Notes: generated from the sequence alone by a model not told the origin. A DNA stretch of 64,000 nt from an uncultured Candidatus Peribacteria bacterium (GCA_964488165.1 CAZATU010000002.1:137334-201333), one strand, 5' to 3'. Shown: positions 17,449 through 26,680, numbered from the stretch's first letter. Numbers and translations are program-made.

Positions 17449-18866
17449 CGCTCCTCCGCAGCAACGGGCAGCGTAATCGTCACCGCCGTGCCGCGCTTCT
17501 TGTCGCTGCGCACGCGGATTGTTCCGCCGTGCGCCTCCACGATGCCCCGCACGATGTAGAGCCCCACGCCGTTGCCCACGGGCTTCGCCGTCGTGGCATC
17601 CGCGCCTCTGCGGAAGGGTGTGAAGAGGTCATCGATCTCCGCGGGCGACATGCCCTTGCCGTGGTCGGCGACTGTGACGGTCGCGCGCTCGCCCGACCGC
17701 GAAAGTACGATCTCGATAGGCGAACCCACTGGCGAATAATCGATCGCGTTCTGCACAATTTCCTGCAACACGCCCATCAAGAGTTCACATTCGATGGCCA
17801 CCGCCACGTCGGCAGCATAATCCGCGCGGACGACATGCTCGCGCCGATCAAGGTCCGCCTGGGCCGAGCGGACGGCAGCCTGGATCGCGGCCTGCGCGGA
17901 GCAGCGGGCGCGCGACGTGGTCGTGACGGCGTGGCGCTGCACGTCGCTCACGCGCATCAGCATTTGCACCAGCTGCTGCAGGCGCTGCAATCCGGCATTC
18001 AATTGTAGGTAGGCCTCCTTGCGGTCGTTCGTCGCGGCGGTATCGCGGTCTTGGAGCAACTCCAGCCACCACGACAGCGTAGCCAAGGGCGCGCCGATCT
18101 GATGCATAGCCAAGTCGATGAAGGCGCTGCGCTCACTGTCGAGCTTCCGCCGGAATTCCGCGCGGCGATGGAGGAGGAACAGCGCGACATACGCCGCGAT
18201 CAAGATCGCCACGACCAGCACGAGCATGAGGACAAACGGCGAGAAGATGCTGGTGGAAAGACGGAAGAACGTTCCCGCATCCACGTCGATCCCCAGGAGC
18301 GCAACCGCCTTGCCGCGACCATCGATGACGGGTGCATACCCCGAAATGAATTGGCCCCACTGGTCCTGCGTCACCTCGCTGTCGACCGAAGGGTGCTCCA
18401 ACCCTTCGCGCATCGAAGGAAAGGGGCCGACATCATAGGTATCGCCGGGGAGCGCCGGAGCTTCGGTGTCCTCCACGACACCATTGCCATTGGCATCCAG
18501 CTTTTCCGGCGGAGCGAACGTGTCGCCGTCGGCGATGAACGTCATGGTGTGCGGATCCTCGCTCGGACGCAGCAAGTAGACGAACTGCGCGTTGGGGAAG
18601 GCCATGCGAATCTTCTCGAGGGTCGCAAGCACCGCGGCAAATGCGGGCGTGTCGATATCGCCCGGGGCGCGGATGGCGTCGATCGCTTCGGTATCGAACT
18701 GAATCGCGCCGATGGTGACGGCGGTCTGCAAATTCTCCCTGAGCTGCTGCTGCATGAACGCCTGCGTGCGCAAGAAGAACGCCACGCCCAAATAGCTCAC
18801 CACCGCAAGCACAACCAACGCGGGAAGCACGGGACGCACCAGCCTGCGGACGGACGCGAGGAACAT
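17445..18866 (-). CDS. sensor histidine kinase (extracytoplasmic Cache-like domain, HisKA, HATPase_c), no adjacent response regulator
   Basis: Two TM helices flank a periplasmic domain. H-box FIDLAMHQIGAPL. N/G boxes EIVQNAIDYSP, DHGKGMS, GNGVGLYIVRGIVEAHGG. Confidence 0.85.
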   Translation of the reverse strand: MFLASVRRLVRPVLPALVVLAVVSYLGVAFFLRTQAFMQQQLRENLQTAVTIGAIQFDTEAIDAIRAPGDIDTPAFAAVLATLEKIRMAFPNAQFVYLLRPSEDPHTMTFIADGDTFAPPEKLDANGNGVVEDTEAPALPGDTYDVGPFPSMREGLEHPSVDSEVTQDQWGQFISGYAPVIDGRGKAVALLGIDVDAGTFFRLSTSIFSPFVLMLVLVVAILIAAYVALFLLHRRAEFRRKLDSERSAFIDLAMHQIGAPLATLSWWLELLQDRDTAATNDRKEAYLQLNAGLQRLQQLVQMLMRVSDVQRHAVTTTSRARCSAQAAIQAAVRSAQADLDRREHVVRADYAADVAVAIECELLMGVLQEIVQNAIDYSPVGSPIEIVLSRSGERATVTVADHGKGMSPAEIDDLFTPFRRGADATTAKPVGNGVGLYIVRGIVEAHGGTIRVRSDKKRGTAVTITLPVAAEER

Positions 18867-18887
18867 GGGTATGGATGTGTATAAGTA

Positions 18888-18916
18888 ATTATACTATATT
18901 TTATATATTTTGTCAC
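18888..18916 (-). promoter_or_regulatory. sigma70-type promoter of the histidine kinase gene
   Basis: Minus strand GTGACA-17 nt-TATAAT in an AT-rich block, ~20 nt upstream of the ATG at 18866. Confidence 0.6.
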
Positions 18917-18942
18917 TCGCTAAGAAACATCTCCGCATAAAC

Positions 18943-19291
18943 AAAAAGACCAGTACGGCTGGCCTTTTTGTGTTTGTTTTGTCGTCCTCCGCGGCTATCA
19001 ACACCATCATACGAAAGCGCTGAGCCACTGTTAGGAGGGGACGGAGGGAAGGAGCCCTCGATTCTCTGCCTTGCTCGGGTCTCTTGTTTCTCCTCGTGAC
19101 CGGACGAGGTCCCCGGACCGGTTCACCGACCCGGCGCGAAGGCTCAGGGGGAACACTGGGGAGAAGGGGGTACGCATCGCCGCACTCCTTTTATCGGCGA
19201 TACGATGCTTGCAGAGCAGAGAGGAGGGAGCGCGCGACCGATGCACGCACTCTCCCCTCTCGGGTCTTGGCGACGTTGTGAACGAACGAAT
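18943..19291 (-). ncRNA. candidate ~350-nt sRNA (orphan promoter-to-terminator unit)
   Basis: Minus strand TTGCGC(19326-19321)-17 nt-TACAAT(19303-19298) promoter. Intrinsic terminator GGCCAG-CCGUA-CUGGUC+U5 at 18964-18943. Hairpins with G-U pairs work only in the minus orientation. Confidence 0.45.
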
Positions 19292-19382
19292 CGGATCATT
19301 GTAGCGCAAGTGCTTTCCGTGCGCAACAGACAAGCGCGCCGACGCCCGAAATGACCGTGCATCCGCCACAGCGCTCCGTACA

Positions 19383-20675
19383 ATGGCCGCCATGGTTCGA
19401 CCCTCCCGCATTGCAACGCGCATCGCCGTCATGGCGGGCGTACTCGCCGTCGCCGGCTGTGCCGTCGGCGCGCCTCCCGCGGCGATCGACCCGTCCGCGC
19501 TGCTGCAAACAGACGACGTCGTAGCCTTCGTGCGCCACCCTTCGCCGCTCCTGCGCGCCTCGCTCGTAAACCTCCTGGAAGCACACGCCTGGCCCGATGC
19601 CGCCGACGCCTACGACGCCGTCGCTGTCGTGCATGACGGCGACACGCTCGGCTGGATCGGCTTCACGCTCCCCACCGACACCCGCGTGTCGCGCCTGCCT
19701 GCAGCCGAGGCCTCCCCCCCGTCGCTGCTCGCCCTGGTCGCCACGGGCGCGACGACGCTGAGCACCGACGCCTTCTTCCGCGGCAGTGCCGCAGCCGCGA
19801 GCGACGTGCGCTCATGGGCCTACGTCACGAAGCTGCGCGCCGATGCACCGCTCTCCGTGCACCCCGTTGCGATCCTTTCGGACACGGGCGCGCTCGCGTT
19901 CCTCTGGATGGATCACCGACCGGCGGCCATCGCCTCGGTGGGCGCCACGGTCCCGGCGCTGCCCGCACGGGGCGCCGTGTGGTTCGCCGACGGCGACGTG
20001 CTACTGAGCATGCGCTCGGCCCTCCATGAACACATCGGCCTTTCGATGGATGCATTGCTCAGCGCAGCCGTGCTGCAGACCTTCGGGGCTTCCACCGCGC
20101 CGCGCGAGCTTGCAGGCTTGCTGCGGGGCCCGGGCACGCTGCTCATCGGCCCGAAGGGTGGCAGCGGCTCTCCCGTGCTCCTCGCGGGCAGCGCGCGCGA
20201 CGACGTCGCGGAACGCATGGCCGACGTCCGGGAACGTTTCATCGCCAGCAGGCCGCGCATGGAAATCGACAAAGAGACATTTGAGCGGGGCTTTACCAAC
20301 AATGTCATCCGCACCTCGCCCAACGCCCCGACTGATGTCACCGACGCAACACTCAACGGCTGGACGCTGCATGCGGTCCGCCAGCCGTTCGACAATGCTG
20401 AGCTGGTGACGGCGGAGCGCGACGACGCGTTCGTTCTTGGCAGTGATCGGGCTACTGTCGATGCATTCCTTGTAGCAGGCACGGGAACGTTGGCTCTGCC
20501 GCGCGTCGTCAGCGGCACGCAGCGCGAGGCAGCCGGCGTCATCGACGCCGACGTCCTCCCCCCCTCCCTCGCCAAAGCCCTATCGCCGCTCTTCGACCCC
20601 CTCGGCGGGCAACGGCTACTCTGGTCGCTCGACCGCACCGGCGGAGCCACCGCGCTGACCCTGCGGGCGGAGTAA
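19383..20675 (+). CDS. secreted/lipoprotein, unknown function
   Basis: RIAVMAGVLAVAGCAVG lipobox-like signal; no C-terminal TM helices (not SecD). Confidence 0.6.
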   Translation: MAAMVRPSRIATRIAVMAGVLAVAGCAVGAPPAAIDPSALLQTDDVVAFVRHPSPLLRASLVNLLEAHAWPDAADAYDAVAVVHDGDTLGWIGFTLPTDTRVSRLPAAEASPPSLLALVATGATTLSTDAFFRGSAAAASDVRSWAYVTKLRADAPLSVHPVAILSDTGALAFLWMDHRPAAIASVGATVPALPARGAVWFADGDVLLSMRSALHEHIGLSMDALLSAAVLQTFGASTAPRELAGLLRGPGTLLIGPKGGSGSPVLLAGSARDDVAERMADVRERFIASRPRMEIDKETFERGFTNNVIRTSPNAPTDVTDATLNGWTLHAVRQPFDNAELVTAERDDAFVLGSDRATVDAFLVAGTGTLALPRVVSGTQREAAGVIDADVLPPSLAKALSPLFDPLGGQRLLWSLDRTGGATALTLRAE

Positions 20676-20723
20676 GCCAGAATGCCTTGGCGCACGGCGC
20701 GCCGCACGGTACCCTCACGTCCC

Positions 20724-21629
20724 ATGCGTTTCATCCGCTTCAGCATCGTCCTGATGATGTTCTCGGCCATCCTGGCCGCGGCATCCCTCGTTGCCATCGT
20801 TTCCCCGGGCCCGCGCCTGAGCATCGAATTCACAGGCGGCACCCTCATGGAGTTCGCCCTACCGGAGAACGCCACGCGCGATGACCTGCTTGTCGCGCTG
20901 CGATCGGCCAATGCCCCGCTTGCCGAAAGCGCCGTGCTCTCCAAGACGACCACCGACACCTACTTCGTCCGCACGAGCTCGCTGAGCAATGAGGAGCACC
21001 AGGCGCTCTTCGCCAGCCTCAGCAAAGACATGGGCGAGGGTCTCAAGGAGCTGCAATTCACGACGATCGGGCCGAGCGTCGGCGCCTCGCTGCGCACGCG
21101 CTCCATCATCGCGCTCATCGCCGCATCCATCGCCATCGTGCTCTACCTCGCGGTCATGTTCCGTTCGATGTCGCGCTCGGTAAGCTCCTGGAGCTTCGGC
21201 TTCGCTGCCATCGTGGCCGTGGTGCATGACGTGCTCATCACCAGCGGCATCTTCGTCGTCCTCAGCTACACGACCTCCTTCCAGCTCGATACGCTCTTCG
21301 TCACCGCGCTGCTGAGCATCATGGGCTACTCGGTCAACGACACGATCGTCATCTTCGACCGCATCCGCGACAACCTGCTGCTCGAGGGCAAGCGCCGCCC
21401 CTTCGCGGACCTCGCCGTCGACAGCTTGAAGCAGTCGCTCCGCCGCACGCTCAACACCGGCGTCGGCGCGCTCATTATGTTGACCGCGCTCTTCCTCTTC
21501 GGCTCCGAGTCGATCCGCTGGTTCACCCTCGCGCTCATCCTCGGCACGGTGATCGGCACGTACTCGTCGTTCTTCATCGCCACGCCGCTCGTGGTACTCT
21601 GGCAGCAGCGGGAAGCCTCCCGCCGCTGA
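20724..21629 (+). CDS. secF: protein translocase subunit SecF
   Basis: IEFTGGTLMEF, GPSVGASLR, AVVHDVLITSGIFVVL, LLSIMGYSVNDTIVIFDRIRDN. Start set at the internal ATG 20724. Confidence 0.9.
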   Translation: MRFIRFSIVLMMFSAILAAASLVAIVSPGPRLSIEFTGGTLMEFALPENATRDDLLVALRSANAPLAESAVLSKTTTDTYFVRTSSLSNEEHQALFASLSKDMGEGLKELQFTTIGPSVGASLRTRSIIALIAASIAIVLYLAVMFRSMSRSVSSWSFGFAAIVAVVHDVLITSGIFVVLSYTTSFQLDTLFVTALLSIMGYSVNDTIVIFDRIRDNLLLEGKRRPFADLAVDSLKQSLRRTLNTGVGALIMLTALFLFGSESIRWFTLALILGTVIGTYSSFFIATPLVVLWQQREASRR

Positions 21630-21635
21630 TCGCCC

Positions 21636-22922
21636 ATGCCTCCGAAGACTTCCGTCCAGCGGCAGAAGAACGGCAAGGTCGTGTGCACGGTGGTCTTTGA
21701 CACCGCCGACGTTGCCCCCGCCGAAGACCGCGCCGTCCGCTCACTCGGCCGCTCGGTGGCGCTCCCCGGCTTTCGCGCTGGCAAAGCCCCGATCGAACGC
21801 ATCCGCGAACGCCTCGACAAGGACCGCCTCTTCGAGGAAACCGTCCGCGAGCTGCTCTCGGGCGTGCTGCCCTCCATCGCCAAAGAACACGACATCAAGC
21901 CCATCGCGCCGCCGCGCATCGGCGCCACGAGCCGCGAACCGGTGACGCTGGAAGTGACGTTCATCGAACGCCCGCCCGTGCGCTGGAAGAAGGGCGTGAA
22001 GCTCGTCGTGGAAAAGAAGGAGCCCGCCGCCGATGAAAAAGACGTTCAACGCGTGATTGATTCCATGCTCAAGCGCGAGGAGAAGGCCGTTTCCGTTGAC
22101 CGTGCGGCCAAAGAAGGAGACCGTCTGGTGCTCGACTTCCGCGGCACGCTCGAAGACGGCACGGCGCCCGAAGGTATGACTGCGAGCGACTACCCGGTGG
22201 AGCTGGGCAGCAAGTCGCTCATCCCCGGCTTCGAAGAGCAGCTCGTCGGTGTGCAGAAGGGCGACACCAAAGATGTGCAGGTCTCCTTCCCCGCCGCCTA
22301 CCACGCCAAAGAATTGCAGGGCAAACCCGCGACGTTCGCCGTCACCGTCCGCGACGTGCAGGCGCTCGAACGCCCCGAGCTCACCGATGCGCTGGCCAAG
22401 GAACGCTTCCAGGCCGAATCAGCCGTTGCCTTCCGCGAGCAGATCAAGTCCTCGCTCGTCGGGCAGGAAGAGGAGTGGGAACGTATGCGCCGCGAACGCG
22501 CGCTCTTGGAGAAGATCGCCGAAGCCGTTGACGTCGACCTTGCCGAGGAGCTCCTCGAAGACGAAACGCGTGCGCTACTGCAAGACCACATCGACCAGCT
22601 TGAGAAGCGCGGCACGACGCTGGCCCAGTGGGTGGAGCAATCGGGTAAGGATCAGAAAGAGCTCCTGGCCGAGCTGCAAACGCAAGCGGGCAGCCGCCTG
22701 CGCACGCGCCTGGGCATCCAGGATCTACTCGAAACCAAAGACATCAAGCTGACCGACGATGAGGCCGAGGCCGCGATCCAGCTCGAAATCGATGCGCTGC
22801 CGTCCTCGCAGGCGGCGATGGCGAAAGAGCTGCGCAACCCCGCGAGCGACACGCGCCAGCAATTCCTGTGGCAGAAGCGCGTCGAAAAGCTCTTGAGCAC
22901 CCTGCTCGACGCAGCCAAATAA
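21636..22922 (+). CDS. tig: trigger factor
   Basis: N-terminal ribosome-binding GFRAGKAP motif; central FKBP-type PPIase (GDRLVLDFRG...IPGFEEQLVG); C-terminal helical arm. Confidence 0.9.
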   Translation: MPPKTSVQRQKNGKVVCTVVFDTADVAPAEDRAVRSLGRSVALPGFRAGKAPIERIRERLDKDRLFEETVRELLSGVLPSIAKEHDIKPIAPPRIGATSREPVTLEVTFIERPPVRWKKGVKLVVEKKEPAADEKDVQRVIDSMLKREEKAVSVDRAAKEGDRLVLDFRGTLEDGTAPEGMTASDYPVELGSKSLIPGFEEQLVGVQKGDTKDVQVSFPAAYHAKELQGKPATFAVTVRDVQALERPELTDALAKERFQAESAVAFREQIKSSLVGQEEEWERMRRERALLEKIAEAVDVDLAEELLEDETRALLQDHIDQLEKRGTTLAQWVEQSGKDQKELLAELQTQAGSRLRTRLGIQDLLETKDIKLTDDEAEAAIQLEIDALPSSQAAMAKELRNPASDTRQQFLWQKRVEKLLSTLLDAAK

Positions 22923-22929
22923 TCGCCTC

Positions 22930-24648
22930 TTACTCCGACCAGAGCACGTGCACGCGGCGCTCCGGGTTTGCCGTGCGCGCATGCTTGCACGAAGCGGTGT
23001 GCACGCGCACCACGCCGCGGCCCACGATGCCCAGCACATCCGCGCCCGGGTGCTTCTCGGGCTTGCAGCACTGCGCGGGTTGCAGCGGCAACTGCACGTC
23101 GATGCCCCGCCCCGCGGAGCGTAAAAAGAGCGGCTTCGCCTCGCGCTTCTTCTTTGCCGGCCGCCGTGCAGGGGCCGCAACGGTCGCTGTCTCTATCTCT
23201 GCGGGTTGCCCCTCACGTTCCTGCAGGTAGCGCCGCAAGCGCGAGCGAGCCGACGCGGTGCGCAACAGCTTCATCCAGCGCGGCGAGGGCTGGGGGTTGC
23301 TCGCCCGCAGCACCTCCACAACGTCGCCATTCTCGAGCGTGTGGTTGAGCGCCACCACGCCGCCGTTCACGCGCGCGGCGCGGTACGCGAGGCCGATATC
23401 GGTATGCACCTGGAACGCAAAATCAAGCGGCGTCGCGCCTTCCGGCAGCTCGATCACATCACCCTTGGGCGTCAGGACGAAAATAGAATCGGTCTCGCGC
23501 CCCGTGCTTTCGCCGAAGAGATCCTCATTCTTGTCCATCTGCTGCATCAGACGGAAACGCTGCAACGCATGCTCGGTGCTGCCGCCCTCTTTGTAATTCC
23601 AGTGGGCGGCGATGCCGAATTCGGCCTCCTCATGCATCGCGTGCGTGCGGATCTGTACTTCGACGAACACCTCCGGCGGCGCCTTGGGCAACCCCGTGAG
23701 CGTGGTATGCAGGCTGCGATAGCCGTTGGGCTTCGGGAACGCGATGTAATCTTTGAACCGATGCGACACCGGGTGCGAGAAGCGGTGGAGCACCCCGAGC
23801 GCCACGTAGCAGTCTTCTTCTTTCGTCACGATCACGCGCAGCGCAAACAGGTCGTACACCGCCGTCAGCTTGAGCACGCCTTTGCGGCTCATCTTGGTGA
23901 ACGCGCTGTAGGGCTGCTTCTCGCGGTACTCCACCGTAGCGGCGACGCCGTGCTCCCGGAGCGAGTGCTCCACGGCCTCCGCCAATTGGGGGAGGAAATT
24001 CTGGAAACGTTCCTGCACGCTCTGCTGCTGCTCCACGATGCGCTCGGCATCCGAAGGGTACGCCAGCGGGAACGCCTTGCCCTCCAGCTGGTGCTTGAGC
24101 AGGTACACACCCAGGCTCGCAGCCATCGGTGCAAGCACTTTGAGCGCCACGCGCGCGGCAATCCTTCGCTCGCTCTCCGAGAGCTTGTCGCTATGGTCCA
24201 GCGCCACGACGCGGTCACACAGAAAGACGATGAGCGCGCGCACGTCGTCGCTCGCGCGCACCATCATGCGGCGCAGGGCATGCAAGGAAATGCGGCGCGG
24301 GCGCGACAGCAATTGGTACAGCAGGTACTCCCCCGCCACGATCGCGCGCACCGAGGAGCCGAAACGCTCTTCAAGCTCCAGGAGTGTCATCTGTTTCGCA
24401 TCGACGGCGTGGTGCAGGATGCAGGCAATGACGGCATCCTCGTCGGGTTTGAGCGGCAGCAGTGTCCGCAGCACGGAGCAGCAATGCTCCAGGACGGGCA
24501 CTCCCGACCAATGCCGTCCGTCGGCGTAGAGCTCCGCCGCGAGCGCAAAGGCCTTCTCCACCCGTTTACCACGCAAGACCGGGATATCCGGATAGGCGCC
24601 GCGCAGGGCGGGGAGAGCGGAAGCCTGCAGGGCACTCATACCGGCCAT
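22930..24648 (-). CDS. RelA/SpoT homolog, (p)ppGpp synthetase with a degenerate HD hydrolase domain
   Basis: Synthetase motifs YREKQPYSAFTKM, DLFALRVIV, FKDYIAFPKPNGYRSLHT, EVQIRTHAMHEEAEFGIAAHWNYKEG. TGS domain IFVLTPKGDVIELPEGATPLDFAF. The HD position reads ILHHAVD. The listed ORF 22930..25902 is over-extended into antisense rplJ/rplL. Confidence 0.85.
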   Translation of the reverse strand: MAGMSALQASALPALRGAYPDIPVLRGKRVEKAFALAAELYADGRHWSGVPVLEHCCSVLRTLLPLKPDEDAVIACILHHAVDAKQMTLLELEERFGSSVRAIVAGEYLLYQLLSRPRRISLHALRRMMVRASDDVRALIVFLCDRVVALDHSDKLSESERRIAARVALKVLAPMAASLGVYLLKHQLEGKAFPLAYPSDAERIVEQQQSVQERFQNFLPQLAEAVEHSLREHGVAATVEYREKQPYSAFTKMSRKGVLKLTAVYDLFALRVIVTKEEDCYVALGVLHRFSHPVSHRFKDYIAFPKPNGYRSLHTTLTGLPKAPPEVFVEVQIRTHAMHEEAEFGIAAHWNYKEGGSTEHALQRFRLMQQMDKNEDLFGESTGRETDSIFVLTPKGDVIELPEGATPLDFAFQVHTDIGLAYRAARVNGGVVALNHTLENGDVVEVLRASNPQPSPRWMKLLRTASARSRLRRYLQEREGQPAEIETATVAAPARRPAKKKREAKPLFLRSAGRGIDVQLPLQPAQCCKPEKHPGADVLGIVGRGVVRVHTASCKHARTANPERRVHVLWSE

Positions 24649-24694
24649 AGTCGGGGAAGCGTACCACTCCGGGCGCCCATCGAAAAGCTTGGCC

Positions 24695-24722
24695 TTGACT
24701 TCCGGCCGACCGCGACTACAAT
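24695..24722 (+). promoter_or_regulatory. sigma70-type promoter of rplJ-rplL
   Basis: TTGACT-16 nt-TACAAT. Confidence 0.65.
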
Positions 24723-24927
24723 GACGCTTACGACCGAAGACCGAGGGCATTAGGCCGCAGGCCGAAGGTAAGCCCCTCCGAGGTATACAGCATCGCCCAC
24801 CCGGCTCCGGCTTGGTGATTCGTGCCGTGTACCTCGCTGGTCTCCCGGTCGTCCCGGAGACCAGTTTTGCTATGTGGTCTCGGGGACGGCTGGGATTGTG
24901 TTTTTGCACTCTCCACCCTTTCTCGTC
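24723..24927 (+). promoter_or_regulatory. rplJ 5' leader with terminator-like hairpin (L10-leader-type autoregulatory element)
   Basis: ~200-nt untranslated leader. 9-bp hairpin CTGGTCTCC...GGAGACCAG (24837-24864) followed by TTTT. The position upstream of rplJ matches known L10(L12)4 feedback leaders. Confidence 0.5.
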
Positions 24928-25452
24928 ATGGCTCTCACCCGCGCATCCAAGGTCACGCAAGTCGCCGACCTCACGCAGAAATTCCAGAAGGCCACCTCCG
25001 TGGTCTTCACCCACTACATGGGTCTTTCCGTTGCGGACGTCAGCGCGCTGCGCCGCTCGCTCAAGGCAAAGAACGCGGAGATGAAAGTCGCCAAGAAGAC
25101 CTTGATCCAGCTGGCCGCGAAGCACGCGGGCATGCCGGACCTCGATGAATCCACCATTCCGGGCGGCATCGCCTGCATCTTCAGCTTCGGAGACCCCGTC
25201 GCGGGAGCCAAGACCGCTTCCCAGTTCGGCAAGGACAACGCCGCGATGAAACTGATTGCCGGATACTTTGACGGCAAATACCTCTCCAACCGCGAAACGC
25301 TGGAGTTTGCGAACTTGCCGGGCCGCGAACAGCTCTTGGCGACGTTCATGAGCATGGTCCGCTCCCCCCTCTCGTCCTTCGCATCCATCTGTTCGTCGCC
25401 GCTGCGCGGCTTCGCGATGGCGGTCCAGGAAATCGCGAAGAAGAAGTCGTAA
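24928..25452 (+). CDS. rplJ: 50S ribosomal protein L10
   Basis: MALTRASKVTQVADLTQKFQKATSVVFTHYMGLSVADVSALRRSLK... Start set at the internal ATG 24928. Confidence 0.95.
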   Translation: MALTRASKVTQVADLTQKFQKATSVVFTHYMGLSVADVSALRRSLKAKNAEMKVAKKTLIQLAAKHAGMPDLDESTIPGGIACIFSFGDPVAGAKTASQFGKDNAAMKLIAGYFDGKYLSNRETLEFANLPGREQLLATFMSMVRSPLSSFASICSSPLRGFAMAVQEIAKKKS

Positions 25453-25485
25453 CCCATTCTTTATCTCCTTTTTTCCCCTCCCCGT

Positions 25486-25887
25486 ATGTCCGATCAAGCT
25501 ACCATTCAGCTCTCGAAGGAAGAGCAGGCCGTCATCGACGCGCTCGAGAAGCTTAACGTTGTGCAGCTCAACAACGTCGTGAAGTTCATGGAACAGGCGT
25601 ATGGCATCTCCGCTGCCCCCGTGGCCGCCGTTGCCGCCGCCGCTCCCGCTGCAGCCGCAGCAGCTGCCGACGAGAAGGCTTCCTACAACATTGAGCTCAC
25701 CGACGGTGGCGCTCAGAAGATCGCCGTCATCAAGGTCGTCCGCGAATTGACCGGCTTGCCTCTCGGCGATGCCAAGGCCGCCGTCGACGGCGCTCCGAAG
25801 GTCATCAAGGAGAACGTCGCCAAGGAAGACGCCGAGGTTATGAAGAAGAAGCTCGAAGAGGCCGGCGCCAAGGTTACGCTCAAGTAA
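25486..25887 (+). CDS. rplL: 50S ribosomal protein L7/L12
   Basis: Ala-rich hinge and C-terminal KIAVIKVVRELTGLPLGDAKAAVDGAPKVIKENVAKEDAE..KKKLEEAGAKVTLK. Confidence 0.97.
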   Translation: MSDQATIQLSKEEQAVIDALEKLNVVQLNNVVKFMEQAYGISAAPVAAVAAAAPAAAAAAADEKASYNIELTDGGAQKIAVIKVVRELTGLPLGDAKAAVDGAPKVIKENVAKEDAEVMKKKLEEAGAKVTLK

Positions 25888-25907
25888 ATCGCCGATTCTC
25901 AACGAAA

Positions 25908-25934
25908 CGACGACCCCTCACGGGGTCGTTTTTT
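25908..25934 (+). terminator. intrinsic terminator after rplL
   Basis: CGACGACCCC-TCAC-GGGGTCGTT followed by TTTTT. Confidence 0.85.
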
Positions 25935-26093
25935 CGTCCCCGCAATACCAGAAAATGTCCAGAATGATTGACGAATGACCAAAACCCTGTACGCTAAAGT
26001 CAGCAGCATTCCTTCGACCAGCCAATCGTCTCGAAAAGCGAGTAACTCGGAGAAGGCTCATCTGCATTCTTATCTTCCTTCTCCCCGTTCGGT

Positions 26094-26372
26094 ATGGCTG
26101 ATCAACAGCTTACCTGCCGCGATTGCGGTCAGACCTTCACGTTCACCGAGGGTGAACAGCAGTTCTATGCGTCCAAGGGCCTTCAGGCCCCCCAGCGCTG
26201 CAAGGATTGCCGCGCCAAGCGCAAGAATGATCGCATGGGCGAGCGCGAACTGTTCGACGCAGTTTGTGCCTCCTGTGGCGCTCAGTGCCAGGTGCCGTTC
26301 AAGCCGCGCCCCGAGTCCGAGGGCGGCAAGCCGGTGCTGTGTCGCGATTGTTTCATGGCCAAGCGCGCGTAA
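26094..26372 (+). CDS. zinc-ribbon protein (paired CxxC motifs, zf-trcl-like)
   Basis: CRDCGQTFTF...CKDCRAKR and CASCGAQCQVPF...CRDCF: duplicated CxxC...CxxC units. Confidence 0.8.
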   Translation: MADQQLTCRDCGQTFTFTEGEQQFYASKGLQAPQRCKDCRAKRKNDRMGERELFDAVCASCGAQCQVPFKPRPESEGGKPVLCRDCFMAKRA

Positions 26373-26398
26373 GCGTTCTTCCCATCGCAGACAGTTCC

Positions 26399-26424
26399 AA
26401 ACGGCGGGCTTCGGCCCGCCGTTT
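26399..26424 (+). terminator. hairpin terminator after the zinc-ribbon gene
   Basis: AAACGGCGGGC-TTCG-GCCCGCCGTTT, a perfect 11-bp stem with a short U tract. Confidence 0.6.
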
Positions 26425-26428
26425 GCGT

Positions 26429-26680
26429 ATGCAAAAGAAAGTCGTACACTGCCTCCGCATGCAGCAATTGCTTGCCCGTCCGTGGCTCACCTTCACGCTT
26501 GCAGCGGTAGGCATCGCTCTCGCCTACACCGCCTTCATCACGCGCACGGGTTCGTTGCAGGCGGCCAACGGGGGCTACTGCCCCGCAAAACAGGTGTGTG
26601 CCGACGGCGCGTGCGACAAAGCCAACTGCGCGAACGGGGACTGCAAGGGTTCCTGCGCACACTGCAACAAGAACGTCTAA
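26429..26680 (+). CDS. small membrane-anchored cysteine-rich protein
   Basis: TM WLTFTLAAVGIALAYTAFI, then CPAKQVCADGACDKANCANGDCKGSCAHC (7 Cys in 29 aa). Start uncertain (26429 or downstream ATG). Confidence 0.5.
   Translation: MQKKVVHCLRMQQLLARPWLTFTLAAVGIALAYTAFITRTGSLQAANGGYCPAKQVCADGACDKANCANGDCKGSCAHCNKNV

Noticed and set aside
18943-19291. Whether the orphan ~350-nt unit is RNase P RNA, tmRNA, SRP RNA or 6S RNA
   Set aside because: By eye there is no GGAAAGUCCGGGC/ACAGAAnCCGGCUUA (RNase P), no GGGG...tRNA-like 3' end with CCA (tmRNA), and no GGAA-tetraloop/AGCA helix-8 motif (SRP). 6S cannot be judged without a covariance model, so the unit is left as an unknown sRNA candidate.
24649-25902. 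N-terminal 418 aa of the listed ORF 22930..25902
   Set aside because: It is antisense to rplJ/rplL and their leader. The RelA/SpoT homology starts at MAGMSALQ (24648).
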